From: Octopus vulgaris
Taxonomy: Eukaryota
DNA length: 64,000 bases
Assembly: GCA_951406725.2 (NCBI GenBank)
Contig: OX597819.1
Coordinates: forward strand, 53,754,001-53,818,000
Direction: 5' to 3'
The notes beneath the pieces were generated by a model. It had not been told where the DNA came from. It saw only the letters and a list, made by a program, of their open reading frames with translations, and did no database searches. Shown here in pieces: positions 38,679 to 52,204 of the stretch. Position 1 is the stretch's first letter; each line of letters begins with the position of its first letter. Position numbers and translations under genes: made by a program.

Positions 38679-39379
38679 TCCAAAAGAACCGCGCGCGCGC
38701 ACATTCAAATGTCCCGTTTTATCACTGAAAGTGGAAGAGTACTCAATATGTCGTAGAGAGTACATTGTTTATTGAAACTGACTTCCTTTTCTCGCGATTT
38801 CTATGGTCTTCTATGGTTGTTTCATCGAGTTGTTGTCTGTGGTTGTCGTGGTTACATTAGCAAAATCACTATTGTTCTGTCTTTTTTTTTCCTTGATTAC
38901 TTCCCTCGTTGTTTACCAATATATCGTTCCACAGATTTTGGTTTCTTAAAGATGTTTTTCTGAAGTACTTTATCTGTATATGGTTTTCTATTGGCCAGTA
39001 CAATTGTATCGCATCTCGCTAAACCCTGTACTGGATTATTTGAGTTGTTTATTCGTTTATCACTTTTTCATTGACTGCTCTGCATGTGGATTACTGTACT
39101 GGATTACTAGAGTTGTTTATTCGTATATCACTTTTTCATTGGCTGTGTCTGCATACGGATTAGATTATATTATTCATATGCTGTTTTGATGAATAAAGTT
39201 ATAATTCTGCTTCCTTCATAAATTGTTATTTTATATCTGGAGTCGCTTAAGATATTTTTGATACGCTCTGAAAGGATTGTATATTATGTCTGGTGTATCT
39301 CTGCTGGTGTTAAGATTGTTGCACTTCCAGTGCTGTATCTACTTCTGTTACCTCATCAGATGTTTACTCTGACTGTATT

Positions 39380-40430
39380 TCGAGTATGTTTTAAATATTG
39401 AAATTATTCTGGTGTCTGCAACTTGATAACTGCAACGTGATAACTTCTCATTTCCTCTATTGATTAAGTATATTTATTATGGAATTGTTCAATGTTTTTT
39501 TCTGCTGTTTATTTAGGCCTATCCTATGACCATTTATGTTTGGACTAGCATGTTTGTAAATATCGAGGAATAAGTGCATATCTAACACTGAACACTTCTT
39601 AAACCTTTAAGGTCGGGTGTGGCTTATTCAAACGACATGCTTTCTTCCGCAGAGGACTGGTATGGCTTATTGACACACTGCTAAACTGTGAAGAAGACAG
39701 GTGTATATAAGCCATATTTGCGTTATAAGCTATTTGATTGATTATCATCTTGTATAATTTCCTTTTTTTCATCCGATGCTGTGGCACCAGTTTTTTTTTT
39801 TTCGCTTTTTTTTGTGGCTCTGGCCTGTGGGTTTCTTGATATGTGGTAGTTTATAGCTTGGATGGTGTGTGTTTGGTTTCTTGTGCACCTATAGGTAACA
39901 GCTCGTGTTGTTCGTATTGAAAAGCTTGTATCTATGGCCGAATAAGTAGTCTTTTTGTGGTTAGTCTTGGGAACTTTTTGCCATATTTGTCTATCTGTTT
40001 ACATGAAAAAGCGGGTTGAACCAGGTGATATCTCTTCCATTGGTTTTATTTCGTTTATGGTTCACTAATATGACGAAAATAGAGCCGCTCGCTTTATGGT
40101 TTAAATATAAAATGGTGCTACTTGAATAAATATTTCGTTTTGTCGAGTGATATTGTGGGGACTATCTAGTTTATGCTGCTGAGTACATTCTTCATTACCC
40201 AAGATGGGTGGCTTGGTTTTCTAGCAGGTACTTCGGTTTTCTAGCAAGTTAGTATTTTCTTATTGTTAGGTTAAATGTTATACGAAGGTTACTTTCTATA
40301 GGTGAGTTGTTTTAGTTGAAGGGATTTAGCACATAGTTTTTTCTGAACGTATCTTATTTGTATCAGTAATATTTTGGAGATTACTGGGCCATCGTCATTA
40401 TATAATCCAATTCTCAATACTGGTAGAATA
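39380..40430 (-). pseudogene. Heavily decayed Penelope-like element RT plus linker plus GIY-YIG (Naiad-like)
   Basis: Minus strand: GLYNDDG (40408-40388; cf. GLYRDDG), ITFNL, SHPSWVMKNVLSSIN, DITWFNP (40032-40012), KLFN, in the expected order; many stops and frameshifts. The GIY-YIG part is much less clear. Confidence 0.75.
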
Positions 40431-40445
40431 CATTGCTCAGCTTTT

Positions 40446-40490
<45 letters not shown>

Positions 40491-40763
40491 TTACGTGCGT
40501 GTGTCTGTGTGTGACCGTGTGTGTGTGCGTGTGCGCGCATGCACTCCGCTACAGCGTCCCATGCTTACATTAAGGTTATTTATTTTCTCTATTGTCATTG
40601 GCAGTGGATCTTTCTGTAAAATCCCAAGGTCTTACTAGAAGTGGGTTCTGGTCGACTGACAAAACTTGTGGAATTGTGTTGTTTTATACAACTTATCGTT
40701 CTTCATGCCATTGAATCTGTCTATGACTGAGGTGCTATTATTTTAGTGTATTGGTTTTGTCAT

Positions 40764-40879
<116 letters not shown>

Positions 40880-40951
40880 CTAAAAATAAGGGTGTCTGAG
40901 TTGTAAAAAATTATTACCTTTGTATGGTATTTTTTCCCATGCTGGCCACTT

Positions 40952-40983
40952 GATAATATCGATATTTAAATATCGATATTATC
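40952..40983. other. Perfect 32-bp palindrome in a short insert between (TA)n arrays
   Basis: gataatatcgatattt|aaatatcgatattatc. Confidence 0.9.
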
Positions 40984-40994
40984 CTTATTCATAA

Positions 40995-41062
<68 letters not shown>

Positions 41063-41663
41063 CATACTTAATGTCGATAGGCTAGTTATACCATTTGCCA
41101 TGAGATAACATCTCTTATGGACGTACTGTGTTAAAAACTATAAATCGCAAAGAGTGATGAAAATTTGTCGCATCAGAAGCCAGCGAGACTTCGGCTGCAT
41201 TTCTGGTCTTTTGGGGCTTTTTTTAATGGTGCGTACTCGCAGCCAGCCACATACTTGGATGAGAATTCGTCTTCTCTGATGTTGACAATAGCCGTCCGAC
41301 TGAATGAACATCCGGTGCACACAACTGAGGCAGTATTTAATTAAAATAGCCATATATGTCTCATATTTAATGTATATACACTAACGATAGCGAAAGGTGA
41401 AGTTTTTTCATTCAGAAAATTAAAGCAGCATATATGTTAGGAACCATCGGATAATTATACCTGCAGCGCAAAGACCCGGGACAGTCACGTTGATTTCGCC
41501 TGAGAATTACATTAAAGGAATACTCAGGTACGTGCTAATTCAACCAACTTAGGATTTTTGTTGATGGAACAGCGGGACCCTCATGATCGGAAATTCTGAC
41601 ATTGTATAACGAGGCTAATCAACAATAACAACACTTTCTACAAACGCTAAGCTTTCTTTACTA

Positions 41664-41862
41664 TTGTGGTTAGGGCGTTGGACTCAGGATCGGAAGATTG
41701 TGGTTTCTATCCCTGGACTGGAAAATTCGTTGTGTTCTTGAACAAAAGACTTCGTTTCACGTTGCTCCAGTCCATTCAGTTGGCAAAAATGAGTAATACT
41801 GTGATAGACCAACGTCCCGTCCAGGAGGAATATATGCAACACAGAAAGTGAGGAGACCGGAA
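41664..41862 (+). mobile_element. tRNA-derived SINE, head 1 plus tail Y (degenerate)
   Basis: tttcacgttgctccagtccattcag followed by gatagaccaacgtcccgtccagg...gagaccgg. Confidence 0.65.
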
Positions 41863-42359
41863 AGAAGTTTTGTTCTTTATTCTGTAAGCCTTCCCATCTG
41901 TGATGACGTCCTATGTGAACTACAAATTACCAAGCAGTCATAGTTACAACTCAGACTGGAATTGTACTGTTCCCCTTCCTTTCTCTCTTTATTTAATAAC
42001 TTTATACTCTGCATCAAGATGTCCTCTCCGCAAGTAATGGCTTGATCGCGATTGAAATACTTTGTGCTCATAGATCTGCTTCGTCAGTTGCTGGTATTTA
42101 TTCTAAGGTTTTTACTTTCTGAAGTTAAATCTCAGCGAGGTTAACTTTGCGTTTTATCTTGCTGGTTTTGAAAAAAGTACCAGTCAAGTACTCTGGTGTC
42201 GATGTTTCCCCATCCATCACGATACCGCACCAAGAATTCTACCTAATAATACCAGCCACATAATGCCACATCTAGCTGAAACTCCTTTTTTCAGCCATCT
42301 TTTCCTTCAACAACTGACCTTTTGAAGTTCTAGCTAAACATAAACCTTACTAACCATAA

Positions 42360-42750
42360 GTGGAGGCGCAATGGCCCAGTGGTTTGGGCAGCGGACTCGC
42401 GGTCGTAGGATCGCGGTTTTGATTCCCAGACCGGGCGTTGTGAGTGTTTATTGAGCGAAAACACCTAAAGCTCCACGAGGCTCCGGCAGGGGATGGTGGT
42501 GATCCCTGCTGTACTCTTTCACCACAACTTTCTCTCACTCTTTCTTCCTGTTTCTGTTGTACCTGTATTTCAAAGGGCCGGCCTTGTCACTCTCTATGTC
42601 ACGCTGAATATCCCCGAGAACTACGTTAAGGGTACACGTGTCTGTGGAGTGCTCAGCCACTTACACGTTAATTTCACGAGCAGGCTGTTCCGTTGGTCGG
42701 ATCAACCGGAACCCTCATCGTCGTAACCGACGGAGTGCTTCCATCCATCC
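42360..42750 (+). mobile_element. tRNA-derived SINE, head 2 plus tail X, full length with 11-bp TSD
   Basis: tggcccagtgg A box; TSD actaaccataa (42349-42359 / 42751-42761); (ccat)n tail. Confidence 0.92.
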
Positions 42751-43048
42751 ACTAACCATAACCAATAGCCAGTCTCCTTCCATATCAACTCATGGAGGGG
42801 AATGTGAAACGCTATGAGTTTGTGGCATTAATCCGTGCAGTAAATTACGTAAAAAAGTAAAATAAGACTAAAGCGATTTTAAAAAACAAAACAAAACACA
42901 GGCTAAATATATATATGGATATATGATATAATCATTTATACAAAAAAGAGAAAATGTGTACGTGCGCATGCCTGATCCTGCATACATGTTCTCTCTCATA
43001 CGATGTGTTTATATTTTGATTTAAATAGCAGTATTCGATTGCACAACC

Positions 43049-43101
<53 letters not shown>

Positions 43102-43359
43102 AGTGTACATGAAGAGGCCCAGATTGGTGGGTCGAAACATGTACCTAATAAAAGTCTAATACGAAATCCATCTCCTGCTATTAATTGATAATATTACTAT
43201 AACTGCGACTGCGGAGTTCTTGAAGTAGATCCAACTGTACCACAACTGTGGATGACAACAGGTAGCCTAAACTGTGCCGGTGCTCTACTCAATATTTAAA
43301 CACACTAATCGAATTATACGTATTTGTCCAAATTATTTATTATATATATATATATGTAT

Positions 43360-43415
<56 letters not shown>

Positions 43416-43418
<3 letters not shown>

Positions 43419-43950
43419 GATGAATATGGTACTCAAGTTGAGGCACCAGAATTTAGTACGGTATTATCCATACAATTTCAAAATAAGGTGATTAAAATCA
43501 AAATAAGCAACAAGGATATCAAGAGGTAATGCAGTACGATCGTTTCATGCAACTCCATTTAATTGAACAATGCAATCATTACATTAATTTAAAATGTAGA
43601 GCAATCTTCAGCTGCACAAAGATATAGAATTTAACTAAATTAGAACAGATGGACACATTAGTATAATTATACAAAAAAAATCAGTGACAGGCAGTGTCTT
43701 TTTGAAAATTTTAGTCACGGCTATGCTGTTTGCAGGTACAACATGTTCTATCTCCTTAACTTCTTGGAGTTTTAGGTATAATTATACTAATGTGTCATCT
43801 GCTCTAATTTAATTAAATTCTATGTCTTTGTGCAACTGAAGATTGCTCTACATTTCAAATTGATGTAATGATTGCATTGTTCAATTAAATGGAGTTGCAT
43901 AAAACGATCGTACTGCATTACCTCTGGATATCCTTGTTGCTTATTTTGAT
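43416..43950. mobile_element. PLE-type inverted terminal repeat structure between TA tracts, with a hammerhead in each arm
   Basis: Arms 43497-43672 and 43776-43950 are reverse complements with a few mismatches; spacer about 100 bp. Confidence 0.85.
43530..43616 (-). ncRNA. Type I hammerhead ribozyme motif with long stem II
   Basis: Minus strand: tgcag CTGAAGA [58-nt stem II region] GAAAC gatc GTA ctgca. The plus-strand twin at 43831-43917 has GAAAC>AAAAC and a stem I mismatch. Confidence 0.85.
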
Positions 43951-44369
43951 ATATCTATATATACTCACACACACACACACACATACATACATATACATAT
44001 ATAGTGTGTGTGTATGTATGTGTGTATGGATGGATGTTTGTATTTTATGTATGTATGTATGTAAAGTCTATTTATTTAAACTGTTTTTCTTTTCTTCTTT
44101 TGAAGATGCGAGCCATAAGGAAAATGTCCACAGTGAGTAAATATTGAAAATTTCTTTGTGTTTGTTTGATGTTTTTGCGTGGGAACCACCATCGAATTCA
44201 AAATGCAGTTTGATCGATGTTTAGTGATGTTCAACTCAAGGTTGTTGTGCATTGTTACATTGTATAGTGTTAACTGTCGTATGACAGTCAGTGCTGAGAA
44301 TACACTTTTTTCCACAGCGGGTAGTATCCAGTAATATTACATAGGTATGGTAATTTATAATTTCACGTT

Positions 44370-45050
44370 CATTTTAGTCATTGACCTGTGGCCATGCTGG
44401 AGTACTACTTTGAAAGATTTTTGTCGAACAAATCTACCCCGGTATATTTTTTTAATGTCTGGTACTTATTCTATCGATCCCTTTTGTCAAACCGTTCATT
44501 TACAGAGAAGCAGACAAACCAACACCGGGGACAAACACAATGACATACACAACACATACATACATACATACATATATACATACATACATACATACATACA
44601 TACATACATACATACATACATACATACATACATACATACATACATACATACATACGAAATTCCAACACAAGGCATTGGTCGGCCCGGATATTTCTTTTAT
44701 TTTCTTTTTCTTTTACTTGTTTCAGTCATTTGACTGTGGCCATGCTGGAGCACCGCCTTTAGTCGAGCAAATCGACCCTGAGACTTATTATTTGTAAGCC
44801 CAGTACTTATTCTATCGGTCTCTTTTGCCGAACCGCTAAGTGACGGGGACGTAAACACACCAGCATCGGTTGTCAAGCAATGCTAGGGGGACAAACACAG
44901 ACACACACACACATACATAAATATATATACATATATATACGACAGGCTTCTTTCAGTTTCCGTCTACCAAATCCACTCACAAGGCATTGGTCGGCCCGGG
45001 GCTATAGCAGAAGACACTTGCCCAAGATGCCACGCATTGGGACTGAACCC
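44370..45050 (-). mobile_element. Two tandem SINE A copies (old 44370-44690; younger 44710-45050)
   Basis: Homology to family A. Confidence 0.88.
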
Positions 45051-45137
45051 TAGGCCTCATTGCCATCCCTGTGCGTATTCACGATTCCTATATGAAACAA
45101 TAAACTGAATCTTAATTTTCAAAATGATAATATTATA

Positions 45138-45301
45138 TAGGCACAAGCGTGGCTGTGTGGTAAGAAGCTTGCTTCCCAACCGCATGGTTCCAGGTTCAAT
45201 CCCACTGCATGGCACCTTGGGCAAGTGTCTTCTACTATATAGCCTCGGGTCGAACAAAGCCTTGTGAATGGATTTGGTAGATGGGAACTGAAAGACGTCC
45301 G

Positions 45302-45336
<35 letters not shown>

Positions 45337-45545
45337 TGTGGTTGTCCCCACCACCGTTTGACAACTGCTGTCCGTATATTTGCGTCCAAGTAACATGAAC
45401 GGTTCGGCAAAAAGGGATTGATAGTACCGGGCTGAAAAAAAAAGGATAAAAAGTACTGGGATCGATTCATTCGACTAAAAAATTCTTCAAGGCGGTGCCC
45501 CAGCATGGCCGTAGTCCAATGCCTGAAGCAAGTAAAATATGAAAG
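45138..45545 (+). mobile_element. SINE family A, full length
   Basis: aggcacaagcgtggctgtgtggtaag...ggttcaatccc...ccttgggcaagtgtc...cagcatggccgtagtc. Confidence 0.9.
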
Positions 45546-46010
45546 ATAAAGATATTCAATTAAATTACGTAAAAAAAAAATTCTCATTTGTACGTTTACA
45601 ATGAATAAAACTACATTAATAACAATGCTACTGTTTGGCGATGAATGACACATTGGTAAAAACACAAATCCCCAACATTACCCGTCATATGATGACTGAC
45701 ATTTCAGTTAATATATTAATAAACCAAGGTAGCTAACTTCAATAAGACTGGGGTTATCTCTTTTTGTGCGTCTTCATGTAATACCAACATTGGGTGCTAT
45801 GTGTATTGATTTCCATATTTTGAATTGGTAGAATCGGACAAAAAACCTTGCGTTATTTAGTTTAGACTCTTTACGTGCTGAGTTGAAGCCTCGCCGAAGT
45901 CAGCTTTCCCTTTCATTCCTACAGACTCGATAAAATAAAGTACTAGTCCGATATAAGACGATAACACCCACATCCCACAAATTTCTAGCCTTATGCTTTA
46001 ATTAGAAACA

Positions 46011-46065
<55 letters not shown>

Positions 46066-46066
<1 letters not shown>

Positions 46067-46246
46067 GTGATGAAAACTCAAAGTTTATTTTGCTGGGTAT
46101 GATGGAAAGTGTCAGTAGTCCACAATTAAGGGACTAAGGTGACACTTGTTTACTGGTCATGCTTCAAGAACTCAGCGAAGAATTCTTGCAGTTCGAAGCA
46201 ATGCTGATTTTTGTAGGTGTTCTACCTTCATACTTGCATCAGTCTC
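46066..46246 (-). mobile_element. R4/Dong-like 3' end abutting (AAT)n
   Basis: Minus strand encodes MKVEHLQKSALLRTARILR*VLEA*, then about 90 bp of UTR and aataataat. Confidence 0.8.
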
Positions 46247-46280
46247 TTTTAGCCATGTTGCTGTTATCATCATCATTATT

Positions 46281-46490
46281 GAATGAGAGAGAGCAGCATA
46301 CACCATAAAAATCTCGCTAGGGTATAAATATACGAAGCCCTATTTATCCATCATGACTACCCGTCTGATAAGGACACACCAGACACATGCATTACAACCA
46401 TATGTGTGCGACATGGTGATCTCATATCATGATAAACAACGCATGACCTTGCAGGTGGGGCCTAGTTAGAATTTTCTTCAGGTCGAGCAA
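46281..46490 (-). mobile_element. Family C, 5'-truncated copy
   Basis: Matches the 3' ~210 bp of 51587-52100. Confidence 0.85.
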
Positions 46491-46668
46491 CCATCACCTG
46501 TATTGATTACATTCCTAGAGATTCACTCCCCTAGTTACGTGTTGATGAAATCCCTGGATATAAATGAAGCCTGTAAAATATGTAACATATTCGCGGAGTA
46601 AAAGGTGATAGAATATCGGTGTTAATCCGCCTGTTTGAATAAATATCTTATAATATTTAGTCTCGTTA

Positions 46669-47040
46669 AAGGCGGTGAGCTGGCAGAATAGTTAGCATGA
46701 CGGGCAAATATGCTCAGTAGCATTTCGTCCGTCTTCACGATCTGAGTTCAAATTCCGCTATCGTCGACTTTGCCTTTCGTTCCTTCGGAGATCGATAAAA
46801 TAAGTACTAGTTGAGAACTGTGGTCGATGTAATCGACGAAACTCATCCCCCGAAATTGTTGAAACCAATGTTAAGTTTCGTTAAAGGCAGTGAGCTGGCA
46901 GACTCGTTGGCACGCTGATCAAAGTGCTTAGCAGCATTTTTCCTGTCTTCACGTTCTGAGTTCGATTCCACCGGAGTCGACTTTACCTGGAATCCTTTCG
47001 GGGTCGATAAAATAAGTACTAATTGAGTTCTAGGATCAAT
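46669..47040 (+). mobile_element. Two tandem SINE B copies
   Basis: cgttaaaggc.gtgagctggcaga heads at about 46665 and 46880. Confidence 0.85.
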
Positions 47041-47889
47041 GTGTGGAGAGTAGTAGTAGTTTGGGTGTTGAGCTCGTGGTCATTAGTTTGTAGATTCGAT
47101 TTTCGAACTTCTCTGCGCTTTGTGTCCTTGAGCAAGTCACTTCATTTCACGTTGCCTCAGTCCGATCAACTGAAAATGAGTATGGAGGTTTTCCTATACT
47201 CTTAGTCACTTAAAACGGGGTTAAACTTCAGCCTAATGGGCCTATAGTTTCGAGATAGACTCTATGTCTGTATAGTCGAAGTCATGACAACGGCGAGCGC
47301 ACTGGTTCGTTTAAGATATAGATTAAATATTTTATAGCATTGACGTTAAAGCCATAAAATTGAAGATGGAGATAACAATCGATTATATCGACCCTCAATA
47401 CTAGTACTTATCTCATCGAACCCGGGAGAATGGAAGACAAAAGTCAAACATAGCGGAAATTAAATAACAACGCAATAACATTTTGCATTCATATGTTAGA
47501 GATAGATTTATTTCTACCATTTATTGTATTAGAAACTTTTCATATTCCACTCTACAGCTACAAATAAAGGGGGAAATCACTCAGAAAAATAAATTGGATT
47601 TGACTGATAGATGTAATACGTATATTTTACTTCATTAATATTCTAATGGGTTCTTTAAAATCAGTCCTCTTGCAATAGTTTAATCTATGTTATTAATACA
47701 TTAGGTAAAAGGGAAAAAAAATCGTTATTAGAATATATAATTAGAGTTTAATTTCAATGTAGTACTTAAACAAACTGTGCTGTCCGAGGTCTCTTTTAAA
47801 ATGTCAAGTAAATGAGTATCGTCTTTCTAGGTTGTAGTCTTCTGTTTCGCATCTTATTTGTCAACTCTTAAGAAACAGTTACACACATT

Positions 47890-47965
<76 letters not shown>

Positions 47966-48063
47966 TGTGTGTGTGTGTGTAATTCTGAAAGAGGACAACA
48001 AACGTTAAGGCAAAACAAACATTTCAAGTCATATAAGTTATTATTATTGGGAAAAAAAATTCA

Positions 48064-48119
48064 GTCTTACAGCTGTTTCTGAGATATCCCAAAGTATGGG
48101 ATATTCCATCGTCGGAGAC
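48064..48119 (-). ncRNA. Minimal hammerhead motif with U4C core variant, downstream of a probable GIY-YIG remnant (about 48240-48500)
   Basis: Minus strand: gtct CCGACGA tggaatatccca tactt tgggatatctca GAAAC agct GTA agac. Stems I and III are the same as at 8397. Confidence 0.75.
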
Positions 48120-48614
48120 AAATAGGGAAAATGTGAGGGGTGTAAATTAATGGAACGATGTCATAGAGTACAGGAGAAAGGGAATAAAGAAATGAAGAAA
48201 AAGAAGAAAAAAGAAGCATAAAAGTTCACAGTTCAACTTTCCGATAGTGTAGATGTTAGTCCATAAGTCCTTAGGTCCAATCCTGTGTAAATCCATGTAT
48301 GGTTATAGCTTTCATAGTGTAAATATCCATGGATATTAATAGTATACATATCTATGGATATCCCAGGAACAGCTGTAAAACTTTGAATGTTTCCACTAAT
48401 AATAATGTATAAGACTTGAGATGTTTGTCTTGCTTTAATGTTTGTTATCCTCTTTAACAATTATATATCCGCTATATTTGTAATCTACAATGGTTCCATA
48501 ATTCCCGTCTTGGCTATGACCTTGGAGCCCTGGTAATCCGTTACAGCACTTACCCGGCGTACCTAGTCGTTTAGATCACCTGTGAACTAACCCCACCCAT
48601 ATTTTGTGTGCGTG

Positions 48615-48656
<42 letters not shown>

Positions 48657-48657
<1 letters not shown>

Positions 48658-48812
48658 AGGCGCAGGAGAATCTGTGTGATAAAAAGCTTGCATCCAAACC
48701 ACATGGTTCCAGACTCGGTCCCACTGCGTGGCACCCATTTTGGGCAAGTGTCTTCTGCTATAGCCTCGGTGCGACCAAATCTTTGTGAGAAGGAAACTGA
48801 AAGAAGCCCGTC

Positions 48813-48869
<57 letters not shown>

Positions 48870-49105
48870 TATATGCATGTATTTGTGTGTCGTTGGTTTT
48901 GCTTTTGGGGGGAGGGGGCCAGTCGATTACATCGACCCCAGTACGCAACTGGTAGTTAATTTATAGACCTCGAAAGGATGAAAGACAAAGTCGACCTCGG
49001 CGGAATTCGAAATCAGAACATAAATACAGACGAAATACCTATTTCTTTACTACCCACAAGGGGCTAAACACAGAGAGGACAAACAAAGACAGACAAACGG
49101 ATTAA
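48657..49105. mobile_element. SINE A 5' half (plus, 48657-48880) joined to a SINE B dimer fragment (minus, 48895-49105)
   Basis: Homology to both families. Confidence 0.8.
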
Positions 49106-49649
49106 TCTTGTACTAAAGATCTAAAGATATACATATATCCACATATATATGGGTATAATTATATATATATATATCTATGCATATAATTGTGTGTACATAA
49201 CCATGTATATATAATAGTATGTAAATGTGTGTGTGTGTGTGTGTGTGTAGATGTGTTAAATTTATGTTTGTAGATATGTCTGTATGAACAGACCTCACAA
49301 ATAGGCACATACACACACACATGCACGCACACACATGCACACACACACACATGCATACGCAATATATTTAATGAATTGGATTAGGCGAATCAACGCCAGC
49401 TTTAGGCCTTTTCAATGCGGGTGAGAAGAAAAGTTCCCATTGATTTTTCTCTGACACTTGTAACCGCCATTATAAGTGTACTGACTTCAATTCTCATTTG
49501 CCAACGTCTCGGGTATTTTATCGGTGTGTTACCGAGTACAGCAACTAAATATTACCTTTTGACATATCATTTCTCATGTCAGCTTTTGTTTACTAAAAAA
49601 GGTCGTGGTTGATGTTCATTGAGAAAGTATCTTTTATCTTTTAATTTTT

Positions 49650-49985
49650 ATTTTCAGTCATAGGACTGCAATTATCCTAAGGCATCGCCTTGGAGGGTTT
49701 CGCTCGAACAAATCGACTCCAGTACTATATATATATATATGTATATATATATAAAATATATCATATGTATATATAATTTAAAATCTGATACTTATTCTGT
49801 CGGTCTGTTTTGCCGTGAAGCGATAAGTTACGGAGATGTAAACAAACCAACACCGGCTGTCAAGCTGTAGTGAGTGCAAATACAAAGACACACACTAACA
49901 CTACACACACACACACACATGCATGAATGTATATGTATGCCTGCATGTAAATGTATGTATGTATGTATGTATGTATGTATGTATG

Positions 49986-50038
<53 letters not shown>

Positions 50039-50200
50039 GACAGGCTTCCACACAGTTTTCGTCTATCAAATTCACTCACAAGGCATTGGTCGGCCCGAAA
50101 CTAAAACAGAAGGCACTTGCTCAATGTGTGCCGCGCAGTAGGACCGAACCTGAAACAACGTGGTTGCAAAGCTAGCTTTTTAACCTGAAAACCATGCTTG
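49650..50200 (-). mobile_element. Degenerate SINE A with expanded internal microsatellite
   Basis: Homology to family A. Confidence 0.8.
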
Positions 50201-51027
50201 CACCATAGTTGTTCTTTTTTTTTTCTTTTTCTTTTTCTGTTTTTTTTTTCCCCTCCCCAATTCAGGAAAAGCTAAGCTGGCTGATGCTGTATGACCTTAA
50301 TATCTCATTTTGGTGTCAGTGTTTGATGTTGGTCTTTCCATTTACGCGGTCTGATTAATGTCGTATTGGAACCAGAATAATAACTTGTAAAAAGTAGAAG
50401 ATAGCATAGAAAAATGGCTGCCGTAATGAATTGACTCCTTAAAGTAATCCGGCGAACAAAGGCTGGCAATGAAATAGCTCTTCTAATTAAAACACGGCAG
50501 GTAGGCCGATATTCTTTGATGACAATAAGCAGAAATTGTTGTTTTAATATATTAAACCAGTTGTGAAAGACTGCTCTCATTAGAAATCAAATCTGAGTAT
50601 TTCTATGCCGCAAAAAAGCATCATATTACTCAATGAACTGTCATAGACAAAACAGAGATAGGGTTAAGGAGTATGGTGCTATTACTTTGTTGTTTGTATT
50701 TATCGTTGTTGTTGTTAGTGGTGGTGGTGGTGGCTGCTATTTGTTTGCTTGTTTGGTTGGTTGGTTGGTTAGTTGGTTGGTGTTGATGTCGATGATTATG
50801 AGGATTATAATGATGATAATGAGGACGATGATGTTAACGATAAGGAAGATGAGGAAAAGAGTGCCACTACAGCGATGATGATGATGATGAGGAGGAGGAG
50901 GTCCACGATGATAACTACAACTTTTTGTTGAATATAATTAAAATGTAAGAGAAGCAATAACATAAATAACTATGATACTATGGGGTTGTTGTAAGAATGC
51001 GAATACAATAAAGTTGCGTGCATGCGC

Positions 51028-51058
<31 letters not shown>

Positions 51059-51256
51059 TGTGTGTGTATTCAACATTGAATTGTAGGCGGTCCACTGGCG
51101 GAGTCGTTAGAACATCGGATGCTTTGCGACAATCGTCCCGGCTCCAAAGTTCAAATTCCGCTGAAGTCAATTTTGTCTTTAAACTTTCTGACTTCGATAA
51201 ATAACGTACCAGCCGCATACTGAAATCGATTATTATTATTATTATCATTATTATTA

Positions 51257-51318
<62 letters not shown>

Positions 51319-51321
<3 letters not shown>

Positions 51322-51393
51322 TAGTTTTATTTTTATAGCGTGCTTTCACTTCACTACCGAGCGCAGCTCTGTGTGCCTTGGGTATGTGCTGTG

Positions 51394-51395
<2 letters not shown>
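51319..51395 (-). mobile_element. 77-bp 3' end of the Dong-like family seen at 2010-2304, ATT repeats on both sides
   Basis: Reverse complement of atcacagcacatacccaaggcacacagagctgc...aaaataaaactactg. Confidence 0.9.
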
Positions 51396-51425
<30 letters not shown>

Positions 51426-51486
51426 CATCATCATCATCCTCTTCCTTCTCTTCCTTCTCCTCCTCCTTCCCCTTCCTCTTTTTTCT

Positions 51487-51586
<100 letters not shown>

Positions 51587-52100
51587 GAGTGAGAGAGCAG
51601 TGCATGCCATCAAAGTGACACTGGGGTAAAATATACGAAGCCCAGTATAACCATCATGACTACCCGTCTGATAAGGGTACACCAGGCACATGCATCGCAA
51701 CCATATGTGCGCGACATGGTGATCCCATATCAAGATAAACAGCGCATGACCTTGCAGGTGGGGCCCAGTTAGAATTTTCTTCTGGTCGAGTAGCCTATCC
51801 CGCTTAAAAAGCCCTTGAATAAGGCTTGTTTAAGTATGTTGAACGAAACACCCATGTTTCCAGAGCTAAATTTTTCTAAACACATGGCTATGATGCTTCC
51901 CCACTACTTCTGCTCCTGATCAGAGATGCACATATCGTCAGCCTCTAAGCAACTGACAAGCAAATATGTGGTATTGAGCAGAATATTTGCTGTAGCCCGT
52001 CTTTTATACCAAGACAAAACAATATACTCATACATGATAACACTTCCAGTCAGTTAAGATCAGAAACTGAGAGCCACTGTCTAGTACAACATCAGGGCAT
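51587..52100 (-). mobile_element. Family C, longest copy (about 510 bp), in (ATT)/(ACT)n
   Basis: Minus strand runs atgccctgatg...ctctctcactc then aataat; no tRNA boxes and no credible ORF. Confidence 0.88.
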
Positions 52101-52203
<103 letters not shown>

Positions 52204-52204
52204 C

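Noticed and set aside
38241-38775. ORFs of 93 and 154 aa with MIKV repeats
   Set aside because: Open only because the minisatellite units are multiples of 3; the longer one runs into (TTTC)n.
39380-40430. Selenoprotein or SECIS claim for the Naiad-like element
   Set aside because: The copy is too decayed; its stop codons cannot be distinguished from ordinary mutations.
42360-42435. SINE heads (here and at 28842, 24155, 57240-57340) as true tRNA genes
   Set aside because: A and B boxes are present but there is no full cloverleaf; they continue into SINE bodies, two of them with TSDs.
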